DNA of 64,000 bases from positions 32,798,001-32,862,000 of the forward strand of contig OX597831.1 in NCBI GenBank assembly GCA_951406725.2, in the 5' to 3' direction. This document shows positions 43,964 through 58,213 of this stretch, one piece after another. Both the position numbers and the translations under genes were made by a program. This DNA is from Octopus vulgaris (Eukaryota). Positions within the stretch are counted from its first letter, which is position 1; every line of letters starts with the position of its first letter. Below the pieces are notes generated by a model. That model did not search any database. It had not been told where the DNA came from and was given only the letters and a program-made list of their open reading frames with translations.

Positions 43964-45267
43964 TGTATATATATCGTTCATCTTTTCTCTCCTCTCTATC
44001 ACGAAGAATAAAGACAGAAAAATAAATAAAAATGAAAAATAAACAGTAAACAGGAAAAAAAGGAAGAAAAATTCGCAATATTGTGTGGGTAGAGGGACAC
44101 ACTCTACCCCTCTTCCTCCTCCCTTCTCTCTCTCAGCTCCTTCTCTAATTCCCCACCCACCACCCTCCACCCCATTATCCCTTGTCCTTAACTATGCGAA
44201 ATTCCATTAGCGTAATGGGACCGGACTCTCTCTCTCTACAATGAGGTGGTGATGGAACAAACACGAGTTCACTTCTACCCAATTCTAAGGGTTGGTAATT
44301 TGGCGGGGTGGAGAGTGTGGGGGAAGAAGGAGGGAGAGAGAGAGAGAGGAGGTGGTGCTGATTTCGTTGTTGTTCTTGTGGTTGCTTTCGCATTTTTTCG
44401 TATTTTTTTATATTTTGTACTTGATGTGAATTTAAAAAAAAAATATTTTTACAATTTTGATTTTTCAAGTTTTTATTTTCGAGTGATTGCTGGTTTGTTT
44501 CTGGTTGTTATTGCCAAAATATGAGCGCTGTTTCGTCATGTATCATCATCATCATCATATGTGGATCATCATGGTCATATGTGGCATCATCACGATCATC
44601 ATCATCATCATCATATGTGGCATCATCATCATCATTATCATCATCAACATTACCATTAACTTCACTACCGTCATCGTCCTTAACCACCAACACCATAAAC
44701 CACCACCACCACCACCACCACAACCACCACCACCACCACCACCACCACCACCACCACCACCACCACCACCACCACCACCACCACCACCACCACCACCACC
44801 ACAACCACCACCACCACCACACCACCACCACAACCACCACCACCACCACAACCATCACCACCATCACCACCATCACCACCACCACCACCACCACCACCAC
44901 CACCACCACCACCACCACCACCACCACCACCACCACCATCAACACCACAACTGCTACCACCACTGCTACAACCCCCATCAACCCCTCTACCCTTACTACT
45001 ATCGAACCACAACAACAAATTAATCATCATCACCATGATGATGATGAAGATGATGATGATCATCATCATCTTCGCAGTCGTTGTCATCATCATCACCACC
45101 ATCACAATCAACGTTTTCATTATCGTTACAATCATCATCATTGTCATAAACATATTCATTGTTGTATGCCTTTTGCGTCATCGGTACGAACTTTGGTTAT
45201 TACTACACGGATCTCTATCATCATCATTATCATCATCATCATTGTTAAAATAATGATAATAATAATG

Positions 45268-45307
<40 letters not shown>

Positions 45308-45694
45308 TAATAATAATAATAATAATAATTATTATTATTATTATTATAACCACTGCTAATATTGATATAACAGTGATTATTATTACAATGATAATAATAA
45401 TACTAATAATAATAATAATGATAATGATGATGATGATGGTGTTTAATAATAATAATGATAATTGTTATTTTTATTATTATTATCATTGTTGTTGTTGTTG
45501 TTATTATTATTATTATTATCATTATTAATTACCATTATACTGTGAGAAATCGCTACAATGTCAAAAATCATTAACGTCGTCAATAACATTATTATTATTG
45601 TTGTTGTTATTGTTATTATTATTATCATTATTATCATATTTATTATGATCACTATTAGTTTCCTTATCATCATGATCATGATCATCATCATCAG

Positions 45695-45754
<60 letters not shown>

Positions 45755-45755
45755 G

Positions 45756-45808
<53 letters not shown>

Positions 45809-46192
45809 GATTATTATTATTATTATTATTATTATCATCATCATCATCATCATCATTGTCGTTCTTTTATCATTCCATTCCATTTCATCGTGTGCCTAAT
45901 TAATTAATTAGTTTAACCAACAAACAATATAATTAATCAATTTTGCCAGATTCATACATGTCAATGTTGGTCTCCTTTTACACATCAGCTCCACCTATCA
46001 ACCTATCCCTCTACCCATCTATCCCACCTCCATATTCTCTCTCTCTCTTTCTCTCTCCCTCTCTCTCCTTTTCCCCTCTGTTTTGGGGTTTTTACCCAAA
46101 GACACGGCAATGATATTTCTAACATTCACGTGATTCTCAATCATATCTGATTCATAGAGGACACACGCACATGCACAACACATACATATGCA

Positions 46193-46226
<34 letters not shown>

Positions 46227-46342
46227 CATACATATATACATACATATATATCTATATATATATATATATACATACACTCACACATATATGTTTATATATA
46301 TTTTTATGTATGTATGTATGTATATGTATGTGTGTATATAAA

Positions 46343-46401
<59 letters not shown>

Positions 46402-46719
46402 ATGCGTGCGTGTGTGTGTGTGTGTGTGCGTGCGTATACATATATTTGCATATATGTTTATATGCACCCACATGCTTGTTTTTATGTCAAATCATAATAA
46501 CCAGCATTAAACTGAAATTTACTGAACACTTTCAATAGGGTATATGGTTATTAAAGATTTATAAGAAGGATGAGAGTGACTTCGAAATTTCAACCTGCTG
46601 TTCTTTGTTAGAGTGTCTGATGAAGGGTTGCAGGAGGAAAATTGAAAGTAACTTTCTTTTAAAAGTAGATCTAGCCATCCGTCCGTCCATCCATCCGTCC
46701 GTCCGTCCGTCCGTCCGTC

Positions 46720-46820
46720 CGACCAGGCTATCAGATGTTGCTACACATCGCTGGTCACAATGCGCTTCGCATTGTTTTAGCCTTCAAATGACGCCACCCC
46801 GCTGGCTAAGCGAGCAGGCC
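46720..46820 (-). mobile_element. SINE-C 3' fragment
   Basis: Reverse complement of 20900-21000. Confidence 0.8.
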
Positions 46821-46833
46821 ATATAAGTATATA

Positions 46834-46865
<32 letters not shown>

Positions 46866-47477
46866 ACTTACTTGCAAGTGGATGCGTGGCATTTGATCAT
46901 ATAATAACAAAATAATATATAAACATATGCATATATACATACATATATGTACATAACTACATCTATATGTATATATACATGCATATATGGCTACAGGACA
47001 CCCAAAAAAACGTTGAACAAAATGAGAAACGCAAGTATAAAAACAAAAACATGGAAACGGACTTTTTTTTCAAACAACGAAAAAACAGAGTACTAGACAT
47101 ACAACACAAGGAATATTCCCCTTTTTCAGTTGTCCCTGTTTCGTCTACACCGCGTTTCGAAGGTAAGGACTAGACGCGACTTCGTTGAACCCTCCTTTCG
47201 TCAGTGATAAATGTGGTAAAGAAATAAATGAGATACTTACTCATACCCATGGAAGAAGCAAACACTAATTCCTGAGCACAATTAAGTACCCCAAATACAT
47301 CCAATATAGAAATTCTCCAGCCCATTTAATAAACGTGCGATTTGAACTGAGGCTCTCACAGATTGAGAGAGTCCGGATGTGAACACTATTAAATCTATAT
47401 TTAATGTAGGATAAAATTTTTTTCGAAAAAATTTTTTATCAATCGCCAGCATATTAAAAAATATTTCTTTGCCACAT

Positions 47478-47537
47478 TTGTCACTGACGAAGGGAGAGTT
47501 CTTACGAACTAAACCTGAAATCGGTCCGATATGGTAA
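47478..47537 (+). ncRNA. Type I hammerhead-like ribozyme, copy 1
   Basis: UUGUCA-CUGACGA-AGGGAGAGUUC-UUAC-GAACUAAACCU-GAAA-UCGGUCCGA-UA-UGGUAA. Confidence 0.7.
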
Positions 47538-47922
47538 TAATGGAATTTCTTTAGAGATTTCTGTCGACCTTTTTTTGAGTAGCGTGCGTATTGTGAAAAA
47601 TTATATGGTTATGGACAGGGTGTCTAATCTCGGCATATTTAACATTAGAAATTTTTTCGTTTGCCCTTATTTAAAAGTTGTTTATAAATTTAACCTTTAA
47701 AGTTATTTTTAATACGCTGGCCATATCCTACATTAACCATAAATTTAATAGTGTTCACTTCCGGACTCTCTCACTCTGTGAGAACCTCAGTTCAAATCGC
47801 ACGTTTATCAAATGGGCTGGATAATTTCTATTTTGAATGTATTTGGGGTACTTAATTGTGCTCAGGACTTAGTGTTTGCTTCTTCCATGGGTATAAGTAT
47901 CTCGTTTATTTCTTTGCCACAT

Positions 47923-47982
47923 TTATCACTGACGAAGGGAGGGTTCTTACGAACTAACCCTGAAATCGGTCCGATATGGTAA
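47923..47982 (+). ncRNA. Type I hammerhead-like ribozyme, copy 2
   Basis: UUAUCA-CUGACGA-AGGGAGGGUUC-UUAC-GAACUAACCCU-GAAA-UCGGUCCGA-UA-UGGUAA. Confidence 0.72.
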
Positions 47983-48123
47983 TAATGGAATTTTTTTAGA
48001 GATTTCTGTCGACCTTTTTTTTGAGTAGCGTGTGTATTGTGAAAAATTATATGGTTATGGACAGGGTGTCTAATTTCGGCATATTTGGCATTAGAAATTT
48101 TTTCGTTTGCCCTTATTTATAAG

Positions 48124-48159
<36 letters not shown>

Positions 48160-48193
48160 TCACCCCGAAATTCTATATATACATATACATATA

Positions 48194-48272
<79 letters not shown>

Positions 48273-48330
48273 TACATATATATACATATATGTACGTACG
48301 TATGTATGTATATATATAGTGCTGGCAAAG

Positions 48331-48393
48331 CCACTCACCTGATGACATGCGGTTACAGGTGGTTTCTTTTTTCATTGGCGAAAGCTTGTGTGG
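48331..48393 (+). ncRNA. Possible degenerate hammerhead
   Basis: CAC-CUGAUGA...GAAA-GC-UU-GUG with palindrome AAGCUU. Stem II is poor. Confidence 0.35.
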
Positions 48394-48768
48394 GACTAGT
48401 GACACAGTGTGGAAATAACGTTAGCAGAAATTTTGCGCCTCAAATTCAATGAAGAACAAACGTCAGCTTTGTCTATTAGAATTCTTCTTCTTGGGATCCT
48501 TGCCTTCGTCACGGCTCAGAGCCTTAGAGTTACAGGTTAGCAGTGGTACTTCAGAGCTAATATACGCGCTTGAAATAACATTAGGTTTTGAAAGTACCTG
48601 TATATATAACAATTATGTGGCGACTGCAAGCAAGCCAAAACTTCGAAGTCACTGATAACGTTTAACTTACAAAAGTTTGTCTTCTTCGAAAAGTATTTAG
48701 TAAAGTTGATAGTTTTCTTTAATGTGAAAAGAAGCATTAATAATGAATGTATACGTGCATGTTCGTAA

Positions 48769-48811
<43 letters not shown>

Positions 48812-49221
48812 TGGTTGTCGCAGTTGTGTTTGCTATTGTTATGGTGGTGTAGCAGTTGACGCTGGTGTGGTATAACTGGTGCTAGAGTTAGTATCAAGGT
48901 TGCTTTTATTGTTGTCGTTGTTGTTACTGTTGACAGCGGTGGTGCTGATGATGGCAATGATGGCGATGGTGATGATGACGATGATGATGATGATGATGAT
49001 GATTTTGATGATGATAATGATGATGATGATGATGATGATGATGGTGATAATGATGATGACTACGACGACAACGATGACGATGATGATGATGATGATGATT
49101 TTGATGATGTTAATGACGTGTGATGATGATGATGATGATGATGATAACAATGATGACGATGATGATGGTTGACCTGTGGTAGTAGTGGTGGTAATGGTGT
49201 TGTTGGTTATGATGATGAAGT

Positions 49222-49276
<55 letters not shown>

Positions 49277-50194
49277 GATGATGATGAAGATTATGAGGAT
49301 GATGATGATGATGATGATGATGACGATGACGACGACGACTGGTGACGGGTGGTGTCGGTGTTACGGTGGCAGTACAGGGATTGTTGTGGTGTCGGTGTTG
49401 CGGTGGCAGTATAAGGATTGTGGTGGTGCTAGTTGTAGTGGTAGTGGTGTCGGTGTCGGTGTTGGTGTTGTGGTGCGAGTGGTAGCGGGTGCCTTGCTGT
49501 TGTGCTGGGGAGGGACTATAACGTAGTGTAACCTAATACAAATTGTTATTGATTTAAATAAATTGAAGTTATTGTTGCCACCCCCATCACCCACCCGTCC
49601 CCATTCCGACAAAAAACAACAAACAACAAAAAGCAACAAACTTCAACAACAACATAAATAAAGATAAACAAAAAAATCGAGCAAACAGCTTTCAGTGAAC
49701 CCAACGATGTGTGTGTGTGTGTGTACGTGTACAGGTACGTGTGTGTGAGAGGGAGAGAGGAAGAGAAAGAGAGAGAAAGAGAGAATGTGTGTGAGAGAGA
49801 GTGAGGGAGAGAGTGTGTGTGTGTGTGAGAGAGAGAGGGTGTGTGTGTGATAGAGAGAGAGAAAGAGAAGAGAAAGAGAGTGTGTGTGAGAAAGAGAAAG
49901 AGAAAGAGTAAGAGAGAGAGACAGTGTCAGAGAGAGTGTGTGTGCGTGTTTGTTGGTATGTACATGTTTGTGCAGAGTGTAGAAAGAAATTAAAGAATAT
50001 GTTTGTGTGTGTCTGTGTGTACATATAAACACATATATAAGTATATGTGTATATACGCGTATGTATATATATATATATATTTGTATATGAATACACACAC
50101 ATACATACACATATATACATATCTATGTATGCTTACATATATATATAGAGAGAGATATAAATATATTTATATATACATATATTATATATATATT

Positions 50195-50253
<59 letters not shown>

Positions 50254-50839
50254 TTATATGTATGTATGTATATATATGGATATGGATGGATGGATGTGTG
50301 TTTGAGATATTTTCCTCGCTCTGAACTTTTCCTCTTTCTAGTTTGATCTCAGGTTGCGTAAGGAAAAAAAAATAAATATAATGAAAGTTTGTAAAAGAAC
50401 AAAATGAAGTAAATAATTAAAGAAAGAAAAGAGTGAGAAATAAATACCAGCACCACCACCACCACCATCACCACTAAAATAATAATAAACGAAAACGAGA
50501 AAATAAGAAATTTTACAAAGAATACAAAATTTACGTAAAGCAAAAATTTCAGAAATTACTGAAAAGATAAAATGAAAAATAAACGTAACTTTTTAGAAAT
50601 ATCCAAGGAGGATACTGGTGGTGGTGTTGATGATGTTATTGGTGATGATGATGATCATGATGATCATGATGATTGTGATGATGATGATGATGATGATATA
50701 TGTTAATTATGACGATAACAATGGAAATGATTTCTTTATTTAATAATTGAAAATGATTTTCGCTAATAATAATAATAATAGTAATAGTAGTAGTAGTAGT
50801 AGTAGTAGTAGTAACAACAACAACAACAACAATAATAAC

Positions 50840-50886
<47 letters not shown>

Positions 50887-51050
50887 TAATGATCATAACA
50901 ATACCGAGAAACCTCAAACCACAGAAGCAAAGTTAGAACTGCTCATACACAAACGCGCGCGCTCGTACGCACACATATTTATCGAGAGACAAATCAAATC
51001 TATAAACATAGAAAGTTACTGATACACTAACATGCCTGCGTCTATTTATA

Positions 51051-52342
51051 CGAGGGGCGTTCAATAAGTAATGCCCCTGACCTACTTCCCATAGCAGTAG
51101 AGCAACGAAGCTTGGCACAGTTATTAGTCTTTTTCTACATAGGAACCACTCAGAGTTACGCATTTCTCCCATCGTTTGATGCAGCTCTGGAGACCGTTTT
51201 TGTAGAAGACCCCCAGCTTGGTCCTCCAACCACGACGTGACTTCAGAAATCAAGGCTGCATCATCTGGGAAACGCTTTCCTTTCAAAAACAACTTCATAG
51301 CTGGGAAGAGGTGAAATCAGAGGGTGCAAGGTCAGGAGAGTAGGAGGATGGGGGAGGAGTTCATAGCCTCACGCCTGTGCTTCTGATCTGGCGACACGCG
51401 AGTTGTGGACCGGAGCGTTGTCCTGCAGGAGGAGGATGCCTTTGCTGATCTTGCCCCGCCACTTGATTTTGATAGCTTCTCTTAATTTCTTCAAAAGTGA
51501 AGCATAATAGGCTCCTGTAATTGTGGTACCCTTTGCCAGGAAATCTGTCATCACTACTCCGTCCTGGTCCCAGAAGACTGTGAGCATGACCTTGCCAGCG
51601 GAGGGCTGCACCCTTGCCTTCTTTGGAGGAGGTGAGTCACGGTTCTTCCACTGCATTGACTGGGCTTTGGTCTCTGGATCATAGTGATAGACCCAGGTTT
51701 CATCCTGTCTAATCAGTCTTTTGAAAAATTTTGATTCATCTTCTTGGCACATCTCCAAATTCATCCTCGAGCACTCGACGCGTTCTTGCTTCTGGAAAGG
51801 TGTGAACAACCTGAGAATCCATCTGGCAGACACCTTTTGTATATGCAAATGGTCATGAATGATAGTTTCCAAAGACCCGGTACTAATCTTGACCTCATGG
51901 GCTATTTGGCGAATAGTTATGTGTCGATCTTCCAAAATGGCAGCCTCAACTTGACGGACAGATGCCTCATCAATGGCATAAGGGGGGCGACCAGATCTGG
52001 GAGCTGTTTCCACAGAGTTCCGACCATGTTTGAATTCACGATGGCAGCGTTTTACAAGGTCATATGATGGGGCATCATCACCATAAGTTACTTTCATTTC
52101 ATCAAAAGTCTCCCGTGGTGTGCGTCCTTTCAAATACAAAAACCGGATCACTGCTCGACACTCAACAGGATCCATTTCACACTTGACTCAGTTCAAACAC
52201 CTGTAAATCAGAAACTACAATTTGTTCAGAGCTGTAATTTTCCACTTAATCTATAGATATATAAATAATTGCACATGCAAAATTTCAGCTAGATCAAACA
52301 ACTGTAAGTGGGTCAGAGGCATTACTTATTGAACGTCCCTCG
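51051..52342 (-). mobile_element. Full-length mariner (DD34D-type) transposon, 1292 bp
   Basis: TIRs CGAGGG(G/A)CGTTCAATAAGTAATGCC(C/T)CTGACC(T/C)ACTT at both ends (37 bp, 3 mismatches). TA on each side (51049-50, 52343-44). Confidence 0.96.
51124..52175 (-). pseudogene. Mariner transposase pseudogene
   Basis: N-terminal HTH, RSGRP, WILRL (WVPRL-like), DETWV and LLQDNAPVH motifs. TGA at 51369-51371; 1-nt deletions break HPPYSPDLAPSDF; a further frameshift precedes FYKNGLQSCIKRWEKCVTLSGSYVEKD*. Confidence 0.93.
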
Positions 52343-52412
52343 TATATATATATATTCAATATGCAGAATATATATATATACAGAGAAACGTATATACATA
52401 TGTAATATACAT

Positions 52413-52555
52413 CGTGGCTGTGTGGTAAGAAGTTTGCTTTCCAGTCACATGGTTCAGGGTTCAGTTCTACTGCTTGCCACTTATAGGTCAGTGTCTTCTG
52501 CTATAGCCTTCTGAGTGGATTTGGAATTAGGAAACTGAAAGAAATCCGTCGTGCA
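52413..52555 (+). mobile_element. SINE-B 5' part
   Basis: CGTGGCTGTGTGGTAAGAAGTTTGC...GGAAACTGAAAGAAATCCGTCGT. Confidence 0.75.
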
Positions 52556-52934
52556 TATATATATATATGTGTGTGTGTCTGTGTGTGTGTGTGTGTGCGC
52601 GTGTATGTGTGTGCGAGTATGTGTGTGTATGTGCGTGTGCATGTGTGTTTGTGTGTGTATATGTGTGTGTGCACCGACACACGAGCGAGCCAGACACTAG
52701 CAAACGCAAAAACACAAACCGCAGAAACACTCATAGAAGATGTTCGGGAAAAATTTAAATAAATTTGCATGAAAGGAAGGAAAACAATATTTAAAAAAAA
52801 AAAAAAAAATATCAAATATGTTGGCAAACACTGTTTACTTCAAAGTACTGTTGCTGAATATCTCTCGTTGTGGGATTTAAAAACAGTAATGTTCTAATTT
52901 ACAACATTAATCTTCATACTTTCCAACGACGTTG

Positions 52935-53236
52935 TTTGTTCCTTCTCGAGCCATGCCTGACTCATAAGGGCCGGTTTACCGGTTTCCTCGGCGTATAGGT
53001 TCCCCACCTGGACGGGACGCCGATCCGTCGCAGGTGAGCAGCAAGATGCAGAAGGAAAGAGTGAGAGAAAGTTGTGGCGAAAGAGTCAGCAGAAATCCGC
53101 CATTGCCTTCTGTCGGAGCTGCGTGGAGCTTAGGTGTTTCGCTCATAAACACACACATTGCCCGGTCTGAGATTCGAACCCGCGATCCCTCGACTGCGAG
53201 TCCGCTGCTCTAACCACTAGGCCATGTGCCTCCACA
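52935..53236 (-). mobile_element. Full-length tRNA-derived SINE (family D) with TSD
   Basis: Head TGGCCTAGTGGTTAGAGCAGCGG...GGGTTCGAATCTC. Segment GGCGTCCCGTCCAGG recalls the V-SINE domain. TSD AACG(A/C)CGTTG at 52925-52934 and 53237-53246. Confidence 0.85.
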
Positions 53237-53798
53237 AACGCCGTTGACTATTCACTAATAGATCAAGATGTTTCTGAAAGAAGCGGACATAAAAAGACGT
53301 CGAATTTAGTCCCAATGGTGTGTACAAAAATAAATACACATCCATTCAAACTCCCCAACATTAACGTAATCACAAACGACTCAAATATAACCGGTTGTGT
53401 CCAGCGAACATCTATCTTCCCTTGTCAACAAATCAGAATATCAGTGGCTATTCAGGCCCTGGAGTCGCAAATACCCTGTGCGATTATTAAAAAAGGAACT
53501 AATAGCGAGAGAAGCAGTATTCGATGAAGGGAAAATAGGCTGCTTGTCTTGGCTGGAAGGTCTGTCATTGACAAGCTCAAGAAAAGGCGAACTCTGAACG
53601 TTCTGAACGTTCCGGTGGTCGTAGCGAATGGTTATCACCCGTCAACGATATAACACGGGTGCCTATAGGCACCAAAAGACCATATGAGAGGTTCTCTCTG
53701 GGTAAATAGCGTAGTATTATGTGTTCTAACACAACATTCTCTTTTAAGTGGGGATAAATATTACCATTTGATATTAACACTGCTTCTGTCGCTATTAC

Positions 53799-53881
<83 letters not shown>

Positions 53882-54112
53882 ACTATCTGTCTGTCTGTCT
53901 GTCTGTCTGTCTGTACTTCCATCCATTCATCTATCTATCTTCACACACACCATATATATATGTCTGTCTGTCTGCCATATATATATATATATATATCATA
54001 TATATATATATATTTGTGTGTGTGAGTGTGTATGTGTTTATACACACATAGGAAACACTTAAACCAGCACACACACACCGACACACATATGTTGTGAATG
54101 TATATGTATGAG

Positions 54113-54153
<41 letters not shown>

Positions 54154-54506
54154 ATATGTATGTGCGTTTTATATCGAATTTACTTTCGTGTGAAGGGCAA
54201 TCATTTTGTCTGATGTTTTCATCAAATCAAACAGAAATATTTTTTTAACCAAAAATATTTGGTTACATCAGACTTGTTAATTACAAATTGGTTCTAGATT
54301 TTGTCGAAATATCCGAGAGAAATATTTTATCGTATTTGTTAATTTCACTGTTTTTTTTTGTCGTCGCTGTTGTTGTTATTGTTGTTGTTGTTGTTGTTGT
54401 TGATGTCTTAATGTTGTAAAAGGTGTTGCGTTTCTTGGCTCTAAAGTGATTATAAAGACTGTAACTTTTGAAGACGATGATAAGGATGTGATCAAACACG
54501 ACGACG

Positions 54507-54537
<31 letters not shown>

Positions 54538-54589
54538 TGATGATGGCGATGAAGATGTGATGGCTTCGTTGCAGTTGTGTATTCACAAA

Positions 54590-54614
54590 ATATCCGCTAT
54601 ATCTGGCTGTGTGT

Positions 54615-54664
<50 letters not shown>

Positions 54665-54845
54665 TGAATATATATATATATATATGTGTGTGTATATATA
54701 TATATGCATGTATACACACACACACACATATATACATATTTATGCAGTTATACCTCACTTTACGAGGAACCGCTTTACGAAACCCCACGCTTACGAGATT
54801 TTTATCATGAATATAAAGATATCCGCTATATCTGGCTGTGTGTCA

Positions 54846-54922
<77 letters not shown>

Positions 54923-55039
54923 GCATGTATACACACACACACACATATATACATATTTATACAGTTATACCTCACTTTACGAGGAACCGCTTTACGAAAC
55001 CCCAGGTTTACGATTTTTTTTTATCATGAATATAAAGAT
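54590..55039. repeat. Tandem duplication (~229 bp) including a pogo/Tigger-like terminus
   Basis: ATATCCGCTATATCTGGCTG at 54590 and 54819. CAGTTATACCTCACTTTACGAGG occurs in both units. Confidence 0.85.
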
Positions 55040-55361
55040 CCGAATCTTGAACGAAGTGAAAAAGTTTCTACTACCATAACAAATGCTTCTGCGTGTTACC
55101 GAGAAATTTATAGAGGGCGAAAAAAAAATGCTTCTTCTAAACAAACAACTCTAGACTTGTTTTTTAGCCTGCCGCATTTCACAGGCCTTTAATGAAGATT
55201 TTACACTGTCCAGCAATAGTAAGGGCACGCAGAAATTCCCGGTTGGTGCCCGGGGAGTTGGAAGACCACTGGGAGTGAAGCACCTCTAAGCTCTTGTTGA
55301 AGTGTATGAGTGCGTGTGCGTGCATTTATACATGCACGCACACACTCACACACACATACAC

Positions 55362-55400
<39 letters not shown>

Positions 55401-55624
55401 AATATATGCATATGTGTATATATATACGTGTGCGTATGTGTGTGCGTATATATATACATATGTATATGTGTGCATATGTGTGAGTGTATATATATATATA
55501 CATATATATATACATATATGTATACATATATACATATATGTATATATATATATACATATATATATATGTATATATGTATACATGTATGTATATATATGTG
55601 TATGTGTGTGTGTTTGTGAAGATG

Positions 55625-55865
55625 TATTGCCTAGGGGTTAGGGTGTTGCACTCACGATCACTAGAGCTTGCGTTCGATTTCCGAACCAAGTGGCACGTTG
55701 TGTTGTTTGGCAAGACACTTCTTTTTGCGATGCTCCACTCTGTTCAGCTGTAAATGAGTAATCCTGCGATGGAATAACTTTCCGAGAGAGCATCATTTGA
55801 AAGCTAAAACAATACAAAGCGCATTGTGACCAGCGACATGTCACCACATCCGAGAATCTGGTTGA
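55625..55865 (+). mobile_element. SINE-C, diverged
   Basis: tRNA-like head GCCTAGGGGTTAGGGTGTTGCACTCACGATC; tail AGCTAAAACAATACAAAGCGCATTGTGACCAGCG. Confidence 0.7.
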
Positions 55866-56066
55866 TATATATATATATATATATATATTATCCAAAATAG
55901 AGCCGAACATTATTCCTCCATGTGATCGGCTTGCAAAATTGTTAAGATATTAAGATATCTTTCTGTTTTTCTTAACATGAAACCAATGGTAGCCATAATT
56001 CACAAAGAAAGAAATTCTATCGACCAATGTCATGTTCAGCACTCATTTGCATCGTTCGACATCTAC

Positions 56067-56146
<80 letters not shown>

Positions 56147-56565
56147 TTGTTTTTATGCAGAAGTGTTGTATGTCCAAAACGTTGCTTTTTCAGGAAGCGA
56201 AAAAATAGTTTCACCATTCCATTTCTTCTTACATTAGCAACAGTTTCAGCTGAACAATGATACTTTGTTGGGTACATAAAGTCCCAACTCCATGCATGTA
56301 AGATGTTTTCAGTTAGAAATATTTTTGTAAAAGTGTCGTATGTGGGACTTACTACACTTTAAAAAAATGCTAGGCTGTTGTACTACACTTTGACAATTTT
56401 CATATCTTGGTGTCTGAAGCAGCTGGAGATACGATAGTTTGATCAAATAAACCGGCTATTGCAAGCAAAATTAGATATTAAAAACAAACGCATTTGGTCA
56501 AATTTGGACATACGACAGTTTAACATAAAAGTAACATTACATGCATACATACATACATACATACA

Positions 56566-56613
<48 letters not shown>

Positions 56614-56837
56614 ATCAGTTTGATTCGGCACCCTGTACCTTAAAGTTTTGTGGGCTCTTAAAGATTTGTAAACTAGCCGTTCATGGAAGCAAACCGAACA
56701 GTTATTAATTAATATACGTACCTGCTACCAAATGTAATCAGTGTCACTGACTTTCGTTTGTCCATTGACTGGTATGCATGCACGCATGCATGCATACATA
56801 GGTACATGCATTCAGGCATACATACATACATACATAT

Positions 56838-56894
<57 letters not shown>

Positions 56895-56898
<4 letters not shown>

Positions 56899-56992
56899 AT
56901 CCAAACAAGAAAACACAGAAAAAAAGGGAAAAAAAGGGGAAAAAAACACAGCAACGCAGGACGTGGAACAATTAAAGTATTATTGACGCTCA
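56895..56992 (-). mobile_element. Family H2 3' fragment lacking the HHR
   Basis: GTTAATCCAAACAAGAAA...GGACGTGGAACAA..TATTATTGACGCTCA between TA runs. Confidence 0.75.
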
Positions 56993-57942
56993 TATATATA
57001 TATATATATGTACGCGTGTGTGAATATATATATATATGTATATATACGGGGATATAGTAGCAGGGCAACCAATGGTTTCATGTGCAAAAATCTTCACAAT
57101 TGTTTGGTACTCATCTCCATTCGATTGTAACATTTGCCTCGATACGATTTTCACGACTATCGTGACGAACCAAGTCACATTTTCATATACTATACATTTA
57201 CGTACATTCAGTCCAACATTATATTTTCTCTATTAGATAATGTTTCCTGTAGAATACATTTTCACATAATTTGCAACATTTACATTCTTGTCCCTCTCTC
57301 TTGATTACACACACACACGTATGCACATAGTTATACCTATTCATTAATTTATATAAGTCTATATGTTTATGTATATGTCTGTGTATATCTGTATATATAT
57401 ATACATATATATATACATAGATGTATATGTATATATGTATGTATAAACGTATATGTATATATATATATATGTATATATATATATGTGTGTATATATATGT
57501 ATATATATGTATGTATGTTTGAGTGAGTGGGTGGGGAGTTTACAGCTTTCTAAATACGGAAGTTTCATAATTAATATTATATAGTTTAATTAGTGGAAAG
57601 ATGAAACAAAACACATGTTTAAAATTTTAATTACAAAAATATAAAATTGAAAACCTGGTGATGTATATACTGAGATGAATGTTAATAGAGAAAGAAGTAG
57701 AGGCCAGAATTAAAGTTGTATGTACAACAACAACAACAGCAACAACAACAACAACAACAACAACAACAGGAACAACAACATTAAGGATAAGAATAATAAT
57801 AAGAAAAATATCGGTAAGACGAACGGCAAGCGCTGCTATAACTTATCTACCAACGACACTAACAAGATATCTATCTATCTATTTATCTATCTATTAATAT
57901 ATCTGTCTGTCTGTCTGTCTATCTATCGTTCTATCTATCTAA

Positions 57943-58022
<80 letters not shown>

Positions 58023-58156
58023 GTGTGTATATAGATGAATAATTAGTTATCCATCTATATACACAGAGATACATATTTACACACGTTTATGAATACCTAC
58101 AAATGCGTGTCACTACATATTCGCATGTTCGTCTACACACATATACACCCCCATAT

Positions 58157-58208
<52 letters not shown>

Positions 58209-58213
58209 TATAG

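Larger units (their letters stand above)
47181..48127 (+). mobile_element. Retrozyme/PLE-like element: inverted 5' segment plus 1.5 tandem 445-bp units, two HHRs
   Basis: Direct repeats ~47463-47680 and ~47908-48127. 47181-47462 is the inverse of ~47703-47955. The 3' end runs into (TA)n. Confidence 0.8.

Noticed and set aside
53160-53232. tRNA gene
   Set aside because: It is the tRNA-derived head of a TSD-flanked SINE.
53250-53790. Complex-sequence island with short ORFs
   Set aside because: Stops in all frames examined and no recognisable family.
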